A stretch of 64,000 nucleotides of DNA. Origin: Pseudomonadota bacterium (lineage in GTDB: Bacteria > Myxococcota > JACRCW01 > JAFGSX01). Shown here piece by piece: positions 51,751 through 61,089 of this stretch (the first letter of the stretch is position 1; each line of letters starts with the position of its first letter). The translations under genes and the position numbers were made by a program. The stretch is taken from the NCBI GenBank assembly GCA_043821645.1, contig JBDRCO010000118.1:128001-192000 (forward strand), in the 5' to 3' direction. The notes beneath the pieces were generated by a model, which ran no database searches, was not told where the DNA came from, and saw only the letters and a list, made by a program, of their open reading frames with translations.

Positions 51751-52295
51751 AAGGGACGCACCGCATGAGCGCCAGGAGCACCGAGACCGATCTGGGGAGC
51801 AGCCCCGTGACCCTCACCATCAACGGCCGCCGAGCCGTGCTCGATGCCGCGCCGGGCGAACGCCTGCTCGACGCCTTGCGCCGGGCGGGCTTCGTCGAGG
51901 TCAAGGAAGGCTGCGGCGAGGGAGAGTGTGGCAGCTGTACGGTGCTGCTGGACGGCCATGCGGTCTGCGCCTGCCTCACGCTCGCGCAGAGCGCCGACGG
52001 CGGCGAGTTGCTGACGGTCGCGGCCACCGGTGAACCCCGGGTCGACACCCTGCGGCAGGCCATGGTCGAGGAGATGGGCACGCAGTGCGGTTTCTGCACG
52101 CCGGGGATGGTGCTGTCGGCCGCCGAGCTGTTGCACGACACGCCGCGGCCCGACGACGAGCAGATCAAGGACGCCCTCGCCGGGAACCTGTGCCGCTGCA
52201 CGGGGTACACGCGCATTGCCCAGGCGGTGCACCGAGCGTCGTCGCTGCTGGAGCAGCAGAAGATGGATGCTCAGGGCAAGGAGAAGACGTCGTGA
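51747..52295 (+). CDS. Xanthine dehydrogenase/CoxS-family 2x[2Fe-2S] subunit
   Basis: KEGCGEGECGSCTV, QCGFCTPG, NLCRCTGY. Confidence 0.94.
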   Translation: MKGTHRMSARSTETDLGSSPVTLTINGRRAVLDAAPGERLLDALRRAGFVEVKEGCGEGECGSCTVLLDGHAVCACLTLAQSADGGELLTVAATGEPRVDTLRQAMVEEMGTQCGFCTPGMVLSAAELLHDTPRPDDEQIKDALAGNLCRCTGYTRIAQAVHRASSLLEQQKMDAQGKEKTS

Positions 52296-54937
52296 GTCGA
52301 GCCACAGGGTCCACCAGGCCGTCCGCTCGCAGTGCGGTGGCGCCGCGTCCGAAGAAGAAAGCGACCCGCAAGCCTGCGACCTCCTCCAAGGCCCTGGCCA
52401 AGCCTGCCAAGAAGACGTCGCGACAAGCGCCCAAGAAGGTGCCCGCGGCCGCGGCCAAGAAAAATGCGCGCGCCACACCCAAGAAGGCGCGCAAGGCCGC
52501 AGCCCGCACCCCCGCACGGACCCCGATCCGCACGCCGGCGCGACAGGCGGCCCCCGCGCTGCCAAAGAAGCGGGCAGCTCCGCGGTCGCTGCAGGTGGTG
52601 GGACAGGCCGGGCAACGTGTCGACGGATGGTCCAAGGTCGATGGCAGCGCTCGCTACATCGACGATCTCGATTTTCCGGGCATGCTGCACGCCGCGGTGC
52701 GCACCAGCGACTGGCCCCACGCCGAGATCACGCGCATCGACGTCACCGACGCCCAGCAGGTGCCTGGTGTGGTGACGGTGGCGACCTGGCGCGATGTTCC
52801 AGGGGTCAATCAGGTGGGCTGCGTGCGGCCGGATCAACCCTTGCTGGTGGAGACCCGCGCGCGCTGGGTCGGTGACCGCATTGCCCTGGTGGCGGCCGAG
52901 GACCCGGTCACGGCCCAAGCGGCGGTGCGCGCGGTCAAGGTCGAGGCCACGCCCCTACCGGGTGTTTTTGACGCCGAGGCCGCGCTGGAGCCCGACGCCA
53001 CGCCCCTGCACCCCGGTGGCAACCTCATCGAGACCTTCGCCATGAATGGTGGCGACGTCGATCGCGCCTTTGCCCAGGCCGAGCTGGTGCTCGAGCATCG
53101 CTATGTGGCGCCGCTGCAGGAACACGCGTACCTCGAGCCCCAGGGCGTGGTGGCGGTGCCCGAGCACGGCGGCATGACCGTGTACGGCAGCATGCAGGCT
53201 CCGTTCTACGTGCAGGGCGCGGTGGCGCGCCTGCTCGGGCTGCCCCTGGCGAGGGTGCGGGTGGTGCAGAGCATCACCGGCGGCGCCTTTGGCGGCAAGG
53301 AGGACTACCCCTCGGAGCCCGCCGCCTGCGCGGCCCTGCTCGCCTTCAAGACCGGTCGTCCGGTCAAGCTCATCTACAGCCGCGAGCAGGACCTGCAGTG
53401 GACCAGCAAGCGCCATCGCATGGTCGTCCACCACCGTCTGGCGGCGCGCCGCGATGGCACGGTGACTGGCCTCGACATCCGCGTCATCGTCGACGCGGGC
53501 GCCTATTGCGGCCTGACCGGGGTGGTGGCCGAGCGCGCCAACAGCTCGGCGGTGGGACCCTATGCCGTGCCCAACGTGCGGGTGCTCACGCAGACGGTCT
53601 ACACCTGCAATCCCTTCGGTGGGGCCTATCGCGGCTTCGGTGCGCCCCAGGTCGCCATCGCCCACGAGGGTCAGATGGATGCCCTGGCCCGCGCCCTGGG
53701 CCGCGATCCCCTGGACCTGCGCCGCCACAACGGCGTGCGCCCCCACAGCATCACGGCCTGGGGCGAGCGGCTGGCTCCCCCGGTCGAGTACCTCGACACC
53801 CTGGAGGCGGCAGCCCGGCTGTCGCGCTGGGATGCGCTGGTGCGCGAGGCGAATGCGCACAACGCACTCGGTGGCCGCACCCGCCTGGGGGTGGGCATCG
53901 GCACCTGCATGTACGGCTGCTGCCTGCACGCCGGGGGGCAGCACCTCGAGGGCTCGGGCGCCCTGCTGCAGGTTCACAAGGATGGATCGGTGTCGGTGAC
54001 CATCGGCCTCACCGAGATGGGGCAGGGCGCGGCGACCGTGATGGCGCGTATTGCCGCCGAGGAGCTGGGCCTGCGCATCGATCGCGTGCACGTGCAGCAG
54101 CCGGACACCGCCCAGGTCCCGGACTCCGGACCCACCGTGGCGTCCCGCACCACGACCATGGCCGGGCATGCGGTGGCGGTGGCCGCGCGTCAGGTTCGCG
54201 CCGCGCTGGAGCCCGTCGCGGCAGGCCTGCTGGGCTGCACCGTACGCGAGCTGCGCTTCGGTGACGACGAGGTGCACGGACCTCGGGGGCGCCATGCCCT
54301 GTTCACCGAGGTGGTGCTGGCGGCCTACCTGGCGAAGGCCCACCTGGCGGCCCAGGGCTGGTACGCCCCGCCGCGCAAGAAGCACGATCGCGCGACCGGC
54401 CGCGGACAACCCTACAGCGCGTACGCCTATGCGGCCCAGGTGGCCCAGGTCGAGGTCGACCTGGTCACCGGCGTGCCGCGGGTGCTGCGTTTCTTCTGTG
54501 CCCACGACGTGGGCCGCGCCATCTATCCCGACGGTGTCCGCGGCCAGATCGAGGGCGGCTGCGTGCAGGGCATGGGCTACGCGTGCAGCGAACGCCTGGT
54601 GGTGCGCGAGGGACGCATTCTCAATCCCAACTTCACCGACTATCTGATCCCGACCATTCACGACATGCCCGAGATCGCCGTCACCCTGATCGAGAGTGGC
54701 GACGAGGGCGGCCGCAAGGGGCGCGGAACCACGGACCAGGCCAAGGGGCCCTACGGCGCCAAGGGCATTGGCGAGCCCTCGCTGATCCCGGCCCCGGCCG
54801 CGGTGGCGAGCGCCATCAACCACGCCCTGGGTGCGCGCCTGACCGAGCTGCCCCTGATGCCCGACGTGATCATGGAGGAGATCGCACGCCAGGGCCTGGA
54901 CCACAGCGCGCTCCTGGTGGGTCCTGATCGCTGGTGA
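52292..54937 (+). CDS. Xanthine dehydrogenase-family molybdopterin-binding subunit with Lys/Ala-rich N-terminal extension
   Basis: GTG 52292 overlaps the previous stop; HAYLEP, GGAFGGK, AYRGFG, EMGQG, ASR, GAKGIGEP. Confidence 0.92.
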   Translation: MSRATGSTRPSARSAVAPRPKKKATRKPATSSKALAKPAKKTSRQAPKKVPAAAAKKNARATPKKARKAAARTPARTPIRTPARQAAPALPKKRAAPRSLQVVGQAGQRVDGWSKVDGSARYIDDLDFPGMLHAAVRTSDWPHAEITRIDVTDAQQVPGVVTVATWRDVPGVNQVGCVRPDQPLLVETRARWVGDRIALVAAEDPVTAQAAVRAVKVEATPLPGVFDAEAALEPDATPLHPGGNLIETFAMNGGDVDRAFAQAELVLEHRYVAPLQEHAYLEPQGVVAVPEHGGMTVYGSMQAPFYVQGAVARLLGLPLARVRVVQSITGGAFGGKEDYPSEPAACAALLAFKTGRPVKLIYSREQDLQWTSKRHRMVVHHRLAARRDGTVTGLDIRVIVDAGAYCGLTGVVAERANSSAVGPYAVPNVRVLTQTVYTCNPFGGAYRGFGAPQVAIAHEGQMDALARALGRDPLDLRRHNGVRPHSITAWGERLAPPVEYLDTLEAAARLSRWDALVREANAHNALGGRTRLGVGIGTCMYGCCLHAGGQHLEGSGALLQVHKDGSVSVTIGLTEMGQGAATVMARIAAEELGLRIDRVHVQQPDTAQVPDSGPTVASRTTTMAGHAVAVAARQVRAALEPVAAGLLGCTVRELRFGDDEVHGPRGRHALFTEVVLAAYLAKAHLAAQGWYAPPRKKHDRATGRGQPYSAYAYAAQVAQVEVDLVTGVPRVLRFFCAHDVGRAIYPDGVRGQIEGGCVQGMGYACSERLVVREGRILNPNFTDYLIPTIHDMPEIAVTLIESGDEGGRKGRGTTDQAKGPYGAKGIGEPSLIPAPAAVASAINHALGARLTELPLMPDVIMEEIARQGLDHSALLVGPDRW

Positions 54938-56181
54938 GCACTCTGTCCCGCCATCCCGTGGTCGTGGTCGGAGCCGGTCCTGCGGGCTGTGCCGCGGCCC
55001 TCGGCCTGGCCCGCCAGGGCGTCGAGGTGCTGCTGCTCGAACGCGATCGCTTCCCGCGCGACAAGATCTGCGGCGACGTGTTGCTCCCCGAGGCACGCAG
55101 TGCTCTCGAGCACCTGGGCCTCGATCTGGCGCCCCTGGCGGACCTTGCCCACCGCCTCGATCGCGCGCACTACGTGACGCCGAGCGGCCGTGGCTACACA
55201 CTCCCCTTCGCCGACCTCGACGCCAGGACCCAGCCCTGGTGGGTGGTGCCGCGCCTGCGCTTCGATGCCTGGCTGGCCGCGCAGGTGCAGACAGCGGGCG
55301 TGGAACTGCGCCAGGGCTGGCGGGTCACCGATCTGTTCACCGACGCACAGCAGGTGGCGGGGGTGCAGGTGCAGGTCGATGGCGCAGCCCCGGTGCGCCT
55401 CGAGGCCGCGGCGGTGGTCGGTGCCGACGGGGCCAGCTCGGCGGTGGCGCGTGCCATGGGGCGCTTCGCCCGCGAGCCGCAGCACCTGTGCCTGGCCCTG
55501 CGCGGCTATGCCGAGGACCTGCACGACGAGGCGAGCTCGACCTTCTCCATCTACACCACCGCCGGGAGCTTGCCGGGCTGTGGCTGGGTCGTGCCCTGTG
55601 GCCAGGGACGGGCCAACGTGGGACTCGGCGCCATCCGCGCCGACCTCACGGCGCGGGGCCTCACCATGCGTGGCCTGCTCGACGAGGTCGCCGCGGCCCA
55701 CCCGGCCTTCGCCTCCGCCCTCGCGCGGTGTTCCGGGTTGCGCGGCTGGAGCCTGCCCGGGGGCAGCCAGCCGCTGTCGCGATCGAGTGCCGGGCTGCTC
55801 CTGATCGGCGATGCCGGGGCCATGATCGATCCCTTCACCGGGCATGGCATTCACACCGCCCTCGACGCCGGGATCCTGGCTGGCGAGGTGCTGGTGGCGG
55901 CCCTGGCGCGCGGCGATCTCGGTGTGGCCAGCCTGGGGGAGCTGGACCGTCGCTGGCAGCAGCGCTGGCACACCGAGATGGCTCTTGGACGCGTGCTGCA
56001 AAGAGGCAGCGCAGCACCCTGGCGTGTCGAGGCCGGTCTGCGCTATGTGTGCAAAAGCGACCGCCTGCGTCGCCTGGTCGGCGGCCTGGTGGGACACGCC
56101 TACCCGCGGGCCGCTCTGCTGTCCCCGGCAGGATGGTGGCGTGGCCTGGGTCCCAGAGCCCAGGACAAGGTCGAGGCATGA
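54934..56181 (+). CDS. Geranylgeranyl reductase-family FAD oxidoreductase
   Basis: VGAGPAG, FPRDKICGD, GADG, GDAGAMIDPFTGHGI. Confidence 0.88.
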   Translation: MSTLSRHPVVVVGAGPAGCAAALGLARQGVEVLLLERDRFPRDKICGDVLLPEARSALEHLGLDLAPLADLAHRLDRAHYVTPSGRGYTLPFADLDARTQPWWVVPRLRFDAWLAAQVQTAGVELRQGWRVTDLFTDAQQVAGVQVQVDGAAPVRLEAAAVVGADGASSAVARAMGRFAREPQHLCLALRGYAEDLHDEASSTFSIYTTAGSLPGCGWVVPCGQGRANVGLGAIRADLTARGLTMRGLLDEVAAAHPAFASALARCSGLRGWSLPGGSQPLSRSSAGLLLIGDAGAMIDPFTGHGIHTALDAGILAGEVLVAALARGDLGVASLGELDRRWQQRWHTEMALGRVLQRGSAAPWRVEAGLRYVCKSDRLRRLVGGLVGHAYPRAALLSPAGWWRGLGPRAQDKVEA

Positions 56182-57173
56182 TAGCAACGCTGCTCCACGA
56201 CGAGGATCTTCAGGCGGTGCGCGAGATCACCGCGCGCGACCGCTCCAACCTGTATCTGACCTCGCAGTTCCTGCGCGATGAGGAGCGCTACCAGGCCTTC
56301 CTCGCCATGTACGCGGTCATGCGCGTCATCGACGACGCCGTCGACAAGGTCGAGGACAAGCAACACCTCGCCCCCGCGCAGCGCGCCGATCTGCACCACA
56401 GCCTGGAGGGCTGGAGCGCGCGCATCCAGGACGCCTACCGCGGTGCGCCCGCCGATGCGCCCCTGGACCGGGCCCTGGCCTGGGCCGTGGCGCGCTTCCC
56501 GGTGCCGCTGATGCTGTGGCAACGCTTCGTCGAGGCCATGCACTTTGACGTGGATCACCCACGCTTCGACCGCTTCGAGACCTTTCTGGATTACGCCGAA
56601 GGCGCGACGGTGGCGCCGACGACGATCTACATCTACCTGCTCACCTGCGAGGCCGGTGACGACGGAAAACACCAGGTTCATCGCTTTGACTACCAGAGCT
56701 GCGGCCGCGAGCTGGGCCTGTTCGCGTACCTGGCGCACGTGCTGCGCGACGTGCGCAACGATGCCCTGGTCGGCAGCACGGGCCTGGTCTACCTGAGCAC
56801 CGCGGACCTCGCCTCCTGTGACCTCGTCGATCGCGATCTGCGCCGCTTCGCCGAGGCCCGCCGCAGCGACGGGCGCTTCGCGCGTGCCGTGCAGCTCCTG
56901 GTCGAGCGGGCGAGGGCCTTCGAGGCTCGCGGCGTCGCGCTGGTGGAGCAGGTGCTGCCGCGGCTGCCACCGGACCGTTGCTTCGTGCTGCGCCTGATCG
57001 TGGCCTACTACCAGGAGATGCTGCAGCGGGTCGCGGACCCGGGCCTGGACCTGTTTGCCGTCGAGGAAGTGATGGGCACCTCGGACAAGCTGGCCATTGC
57101 AGCGCGCGTCGCCGATGCGGCCGGCTTCCGCCTCGACCCCGAGACCTTGCTGCAGGCAGCGCGCCCGTCCTGA
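56178..57173 (+). CDS. Squalene/phytoene synthase-family protein (divergent)
   Basis: ATGA overlap; YAVMRVIDDAVD (DDxxD), AMHFD, LGLFAYLAHVLRDVRND, GLVYL. Confidence 0.8.
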   Translation: MIATLLHDEDLQAVREITARDRSNLYLTSQFLRDEERYQAFLAMYAVMRVIDDAVDKVEDKQHLAPAQRADLHHSLEGWSARIQDAYRGAPADAPLDRALAWAVARFPVPLMLWQRFVEAMHFDVDHPRFDRFETFLDYAEGATVAPTTIYIYLLTCEAGDDGKHQVHRFDYQSCGRELGLFAYLAHVLRDVRNDALVGSTGLVYLSTADLASCDLVDRDLRRFAEARRSDGRFARAVQLLVERARAFEARGVALVEQVLPRLPPDRCFVLRLIVAYYQEMLQRVADPGLDLFAVEEVMGTSDKLAIAARVADAAGFRLDPETLLQAARPS

Positions 57174-57229
57174 GCGGCACCGCGTCCGCTCGGCCCCCCG
57201 AAACCACGTGCAATGGCTACAATGCAGGG

Positions 57230-59254
57230 ATGGTAGCCGCGCCCCTCGTGCCGTCCAGGTTCACGATCCTGACCCAGATCGGGCAGGGCGGCATGGCCAC
57301 GGTGTATCTCGCCGACGACGCCATGGCGCAGCAGCAGGTGGCGCTCAAGGTGCTGCTGCCGCACCTGCGCAACGATCCGCTCATCGTGGCACGCTTCAAG
57401 CGCGAGATGGCGGCAGTGCGGCGAATACAAAGCCCGCACATCATCGCCGTGCACGACCTGGTGGAGACCGAGGACGTGCTGTGCCTGGTCATGGATTACC
57501 ATCCTGGCCAGGACCTCAAGCGCCGACTTCGCCGCGACGGCGCGCTGCCCTTCGACGAGGTCCTCGCCGTGGCGCGGCAGGTGCTGCTGGGCTTGCAGGC
57601 TGCCCACGGGCAGGGCGTGATTCATCGCGACATAAAGCCGCACAATCTTCTGGTCGACGACGAGGGGCGGGTCAAGGTCGCGGACTTCGGTCTGGCGCGG
57701 GTCGACGACCTGGTGGGCGTCACCACCCACACCATGACCCTGGGCACGCCAGAATACCTGGCGCCCGAGCTGCTCAGCTCCCCCCTGGTCGACGGCCGCG
57801 TGGACCTGTACAGCCTGGGGGTCTCCCTGTTCGAGCTGGTCACCGGCCGCCTGCCGTACCGCGCCAGCTCACCCATGGCCCTGCTGCGCCTGCACCAGGA
57901 CGCCGAGGTGCCGGATCCGCGGCAGCACGTCCCGTCGTTGCCACGGTGGTTTGCGCTGCAGTTGCAGCACGCCATGGCCAAGGAACCCGAACAGCGCTAC
58001 GCCACCGCCACCGAGTGGCTGCACGCGCTGGACGAGGGCGCTGCGCCAGGGGCCCCGGCTCCCGGCAGCAGCGACAGCGGGCTGTCCTGCCGCCTGTGTG
58101 GGGCTCCCATGCTGCCCGGGCTGCGCACCTGTGTGGAGTGCGGCGCCGAGCTGGTGGAGTTGCACAGCGTCGATCACGGCGGCCACCGCGTGTACATCGA
58201 TGCGGTGAGCTGGAGCCAGGCCGATGCCCTGACCTTCGAGCAGAAATACAAGGTGGTGGCCGAGTTGACGGATCTGGGCGCCACGCTCAAGGCGGATCCG
58301 GAACAGCTCGAGGTCCGTTTGCGCAACCTGCCGGTGGTGGTGGCAGACCGCCTGTCGCCTGAATCCGCCACCAGGCTGGCCAACCTGCTGATTCGCAGCG
58401 GCGTTCCCGCCCGCCCGGGGCGGTCCGGAGCGCGTGGCTTGCTCGAGTACCTGATGCAGCTGGTGCGTCCGACCTATGTGTTGGTCATGCTGGCGTGTGG
58501 GCTGGCGCTGGGGGCCGGGATGGCCTTTCGCGCCACTGCGCTGCCCATGTTCTGGATCCAGAGCCTAAGCGCCGGGCTGCTGGTGAGCACGGTGCTGGCG
58601 ATGGTCGACGTGTTTCATCGCCGACTCCCCCTGGCGCGCATCGAGCGGGGCAGCGCCCTCAGCGCTTCGGATGATCCCCTGCTCCGCCGCGTGGTGTTCG
58701 CGCTGCAGGCCGTGCACGCCCCCCGGTTGCGCAGCCTGGTGCGGCGCCTGGTCGGCCGCGCCCTCGAGCTGCGCCAGCGCGTCGAGCAGAGTCCCGAGCT
58801 GCGAGCACAGATGCGCGGCGAGATCGATCACGTGATCGCGCGTGCCCTCGACCTCGCCGAGCACTGCGCGCGTCTCGACGACGAGCTGTCCGGCTTCCAG
58901 GCCTCGGAGGTCTACGAGCAGCTTCAGGTCCTGGACGAGCGCATTGCCGTGGCCGGCATCCGGGAGACCGCCGAGCTGATCGAGCACAAGCTCGAGCTGC
59001 AGGAGCGCCTGGCCAGTGTCGACGAGAAACAGCGCGAACATGTGCTGGGGCTGAACCGGCTGCTGCACGCCCTGGCGCGCCTGACCGCGCTGCATGCCGA
59101 GGTCTCCACGCGCCAGGCCGGTGCCGAGAGTGTCACCTCGCTCAGCGTCCTCCTCGGCGAGCTGGGTGCCGAGCTGGCGGCCCACCGCGAGCTCGAGGAC
59201 AGCCTGCGCGGAGCCTCCACCGAGCCGTCCAGGGTCACAGCAGGATCTTCCTGA
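57230..59254 (+). CDS. Ser/Thr protein kinase with zinc ribbon, two TM segments and C-terminal coiled coil
   Basis: IGQGGMATVY, VALK, HRDIKPHN, DFG, YLAPE; CRLC...CVEC. Confidence 0.88.
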   Translation: MVAAPLVPSRFTILTQIGQGGMATVYLADDAMAQQQVALKVLLPHLRNDPLIVARFKREMAAVRRIQSPHIIAVHDLVETEDVLCLVMDYHPGQDLKRRLRRDGALPFDEVLAVARQVLLGLQAAHGQGVIHRDIKPHNLLVDDEGRVKVADFGLARVDDLVGVTTHTMTLGTPEYLAPELLSSPLVDGRVDLYSLGVSLFELVTGRLPYRASSPMALLRLHQDAEVPDPRQHVPSLPRWFALQLQHAMAKEPEQRYATATEWLHALDEGAAPGAPAPGSSDSGLSCRLCGAPMLPGLRTCVECGAELVELHSVDHGGHRVYIDAVSWSQADALTFEQKYKVVAELTDLGATLKADPEQLEVRLRNLPVVVADRLSPESATRLANLLIRSGVPARPGRSGARGLLEYLMQLVRPTYVLVMLACGLALGAGMAFRATALPMFWIQSLSAGLLVSTVLAMVDVFHRRLPLARIERGSALSASDDPLLRRVVFALQAVHAPRLRSLVRRLVGRALELRQRVEQSPELRAQMRGEIDHVIARALDLAEHCARLDDELSGFQASEVYEQLQVLDERIAVAGIRETAELIEHKLELQERLASVDEKQREHVLGLNRLLHALARLTALHAEVSTRQAGAESVTSLSVLLGELGAELAAHRELEDSLRGASTEPSRVTAGSS

Positions 59255-60152
59255 GCTGCAGTGCCGCCACATCCGCGCGCCCCACCCCAGCCCTGGCTGC
59301 CAGGGCGATGTGGCGCACGTCGTCGACACGCAGCTTTCTGTGCTGGAACTCGGCGAGGCCCAGACCGTAGCTGTCAACGGCCACGATGTCGCGGCCTGCC
59401 ACCAGTCTATCCAGCGTCACCACCTCGCCGGGCCCGGACGGCCCGTTGGTCAGCAGGGCCCGCGTGGCGTCGAGCAAGGTGAGCCTGGGCCTGACCACCC
59501 GAGCCAGATCGGCCACGGCCTGGTGCAGGTCGAGCAGGGTGTGAAACGAGAGTCGATCCTGGATCACGCCCATGTGGTTCTTCAGACCGAAGGTCACCGT
59601 GGCCGCGGAATGTGACTTGGCGACGGGGAGATTGATGAAGCAGTCGGCCTCGAGCACCTGTCGCGCCACTGCGGTGCGCTTGAGCGAGATGCCATCGCGG
59701 ATGCGCAGCGCACGGAAGTCATCGCCCCCGAGAAGGCGCAGCTCCACCTCGGGCAGGGCGCGGAACGCCGCTTCGAGGCCGCAGCGCTTGAAGCACTTGC
59801 CAGGCGAGCCGGTGGGGTTCTCGACCACGGTCACGCTGCGCGCTCCGGCCTGCACGCAGGCCCGCGCCACGGCCAGGACCACCTCGGGGTGGGTGGTGGT
59901 GGCCCACTCCGGAGGGTTGGCAAAACCTGCGTTGGCCTTGAGCACCACGCGATCGCCGCGGCTCACGAAGCGCCCTATCCCGCCCAGGGCGTCGAGGGCT
60001 GCGTTCACGCGCCGGGCCGGATCTCCACCTTGCACGTCGACGAGGTCAGGGATCGCAGGCGCCGCGCTCAAGCGCCGTGGCAGCGGCAAGGCGGCGATGC
60101 CCACGGCAGCGGCAGTGCTCTCGAGAAAACGACGACGGTTCATGCGGTTCAT
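59235..60152 (-). CDS. DUF362 domain protein with Tat signal
   Basis: MNRRRFL; GDRVVLKAN, TTHPEVV, INLPVAKSH, GLKNHMG, DIVAVDS. Confidence 0.85.
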   Translation of the reverse strand: MNRMNRRRFLESTAAAVGIAALPLPRRLSAAPAIPDLVDVQGGDPARRVNAALDALGGIGRFVSRGDRVVLKANAGFANPPEWATTTHPEVVLAVARACVQAGARSVTVVENPTGSPGKCFKRCGLEAAFRALPEVELRLLGGDDFRALRIRDGISLKRTAVARQVLEADCFINLPVAKSHSAATVTFGLKNHMGVIQDRLSFHTLLDLHQAVADLARVVRPRLTLLDATRALLTNGPSGPGEVVTLDRLVAGRDIVAVDSYGLGLAEFQHRKLRVDDVRHIALAARAGVGRADVAALQLRKILL

Positions 60153-60375
60153 GCAGCACTCCTCGGTGACCACGACCATCTAGCGCGGCGAACGCAGGTC
60201 GCTACCAGGACCCGACATCCCACAACAGCACCCACGAAATTGGGCTGGGCGTGGCAGGCATGAAGACCTGCAAGCGGCAAACCATTGTGCCTGCGGGCGG
60301 ATTCTTGCCGCAAGCGCCCGCACGCGCCGTGCACGCGCGCAGGAACTTGGCTAGGCTCGCAGCCCGGAGGTCGCC

Positions 60376-60879
60376 ATGCCCACCGAGCTCTCCGCCATCC
60401 AGCTGCTCGCCTTCGACGTCGATGGGGTCCTGACCGATGGACGCATCTGGTTCGACGAGGAAGGTCGTGAGATGCACGCCTTTCACGTTCACGACGGCAT
60501 GGGAATGGTCCTGGCCTCGCGCCGGGGACCGCTGCTGGTGGCGATCTCGGGTCGCGGTGCCCCCGGGGTCAAGGCGCGCCTGACCCAGCTGCGGGTGCGC
60601 GAGATACACCTGGGCATCGACGACAAGGTGCAGGTCCTGCGCGACGCGGCCGGGCGCCACGACATCCCCCTCGAGGCCTGCTGCTTTGTCGGCGACGACA
60701 TCAATGATGTGGCGACCATGAAACTGGTGGGCCTGGCTGTGGCTCCGGCCAACGCCCACCCCTCGGCACTGACGGCGGCGCACTGGTGCACCCAGGCCAG
60801 GGCAGGTCACGGTGTGCTCAGAGAAGTGCTGGATGCGATCTGGATGGCGCGCCCGCCGCTCGAGGGCGCCAGGTCCTAG
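60376..60879 (+). CDS. kdsC: KDO 8-phosphate phosphatase (HAD family)
   Basis: FDVDGVLTDG, HDGMG, ISGR, VGDDIND, GHGVLRE. Confidence 0.92.
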   Translation: MPTELSAIQLLAFDVDGVLTDGRIWFDEEGREMHAFHVHDGMGMVLASRRGPLLVAISGRGAPGVKARLTQLRVREIHLGIDDKVQVLRDAAGRHDIPLEACCFVGDDINDVATMKLVGLAVAPANAHPSALTAAHWCTQARAGHGVLREVLDAIWMARPPLEGARS

Positions 60880-61085
60880 CGGTCCTCGGGCCCGGCCTCG
60901 GTGCTGGCGTCGGCCTCGGCGTCGGACACGCACACTCCAGGATCGAGCTCACAGTGCGAGCCGTCCGGACAGTCCGGGTCGCCAGCGCAGGAGGTGGCCG
61001 GGGTGGGGGCCGCGCAGGCCAGCGGCAGCAGCGCGCCTGGGCACAGCACGGCGATTGCGATCGCGAAGCTGCGGACTGTGCGCAT
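60876..61085 (-). CDS. Small Cys-containing lipoprotein
   Basis: LLPLAC; CAGDPDCPDGSHC...GVC; GAGGAG SD. Confidence 0.55.
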   Translation of the reverse strand: MRTVRSFAIAIAVLCPGALLPLACAAPTPATSCAGDPDCPDGSHCELDPGVCVSDAEADASTEAGPEDR

Positions 61086-61089
61086 CAGG

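Noticed and set aside
50854-54937. Aerobic CO dehydrogenase (coxMSL gene order)
   Set aside because: The active-site loop is AYRGFG, not AYxCSFR (form I) or AYxGAGR (form II); no coxDEFG.
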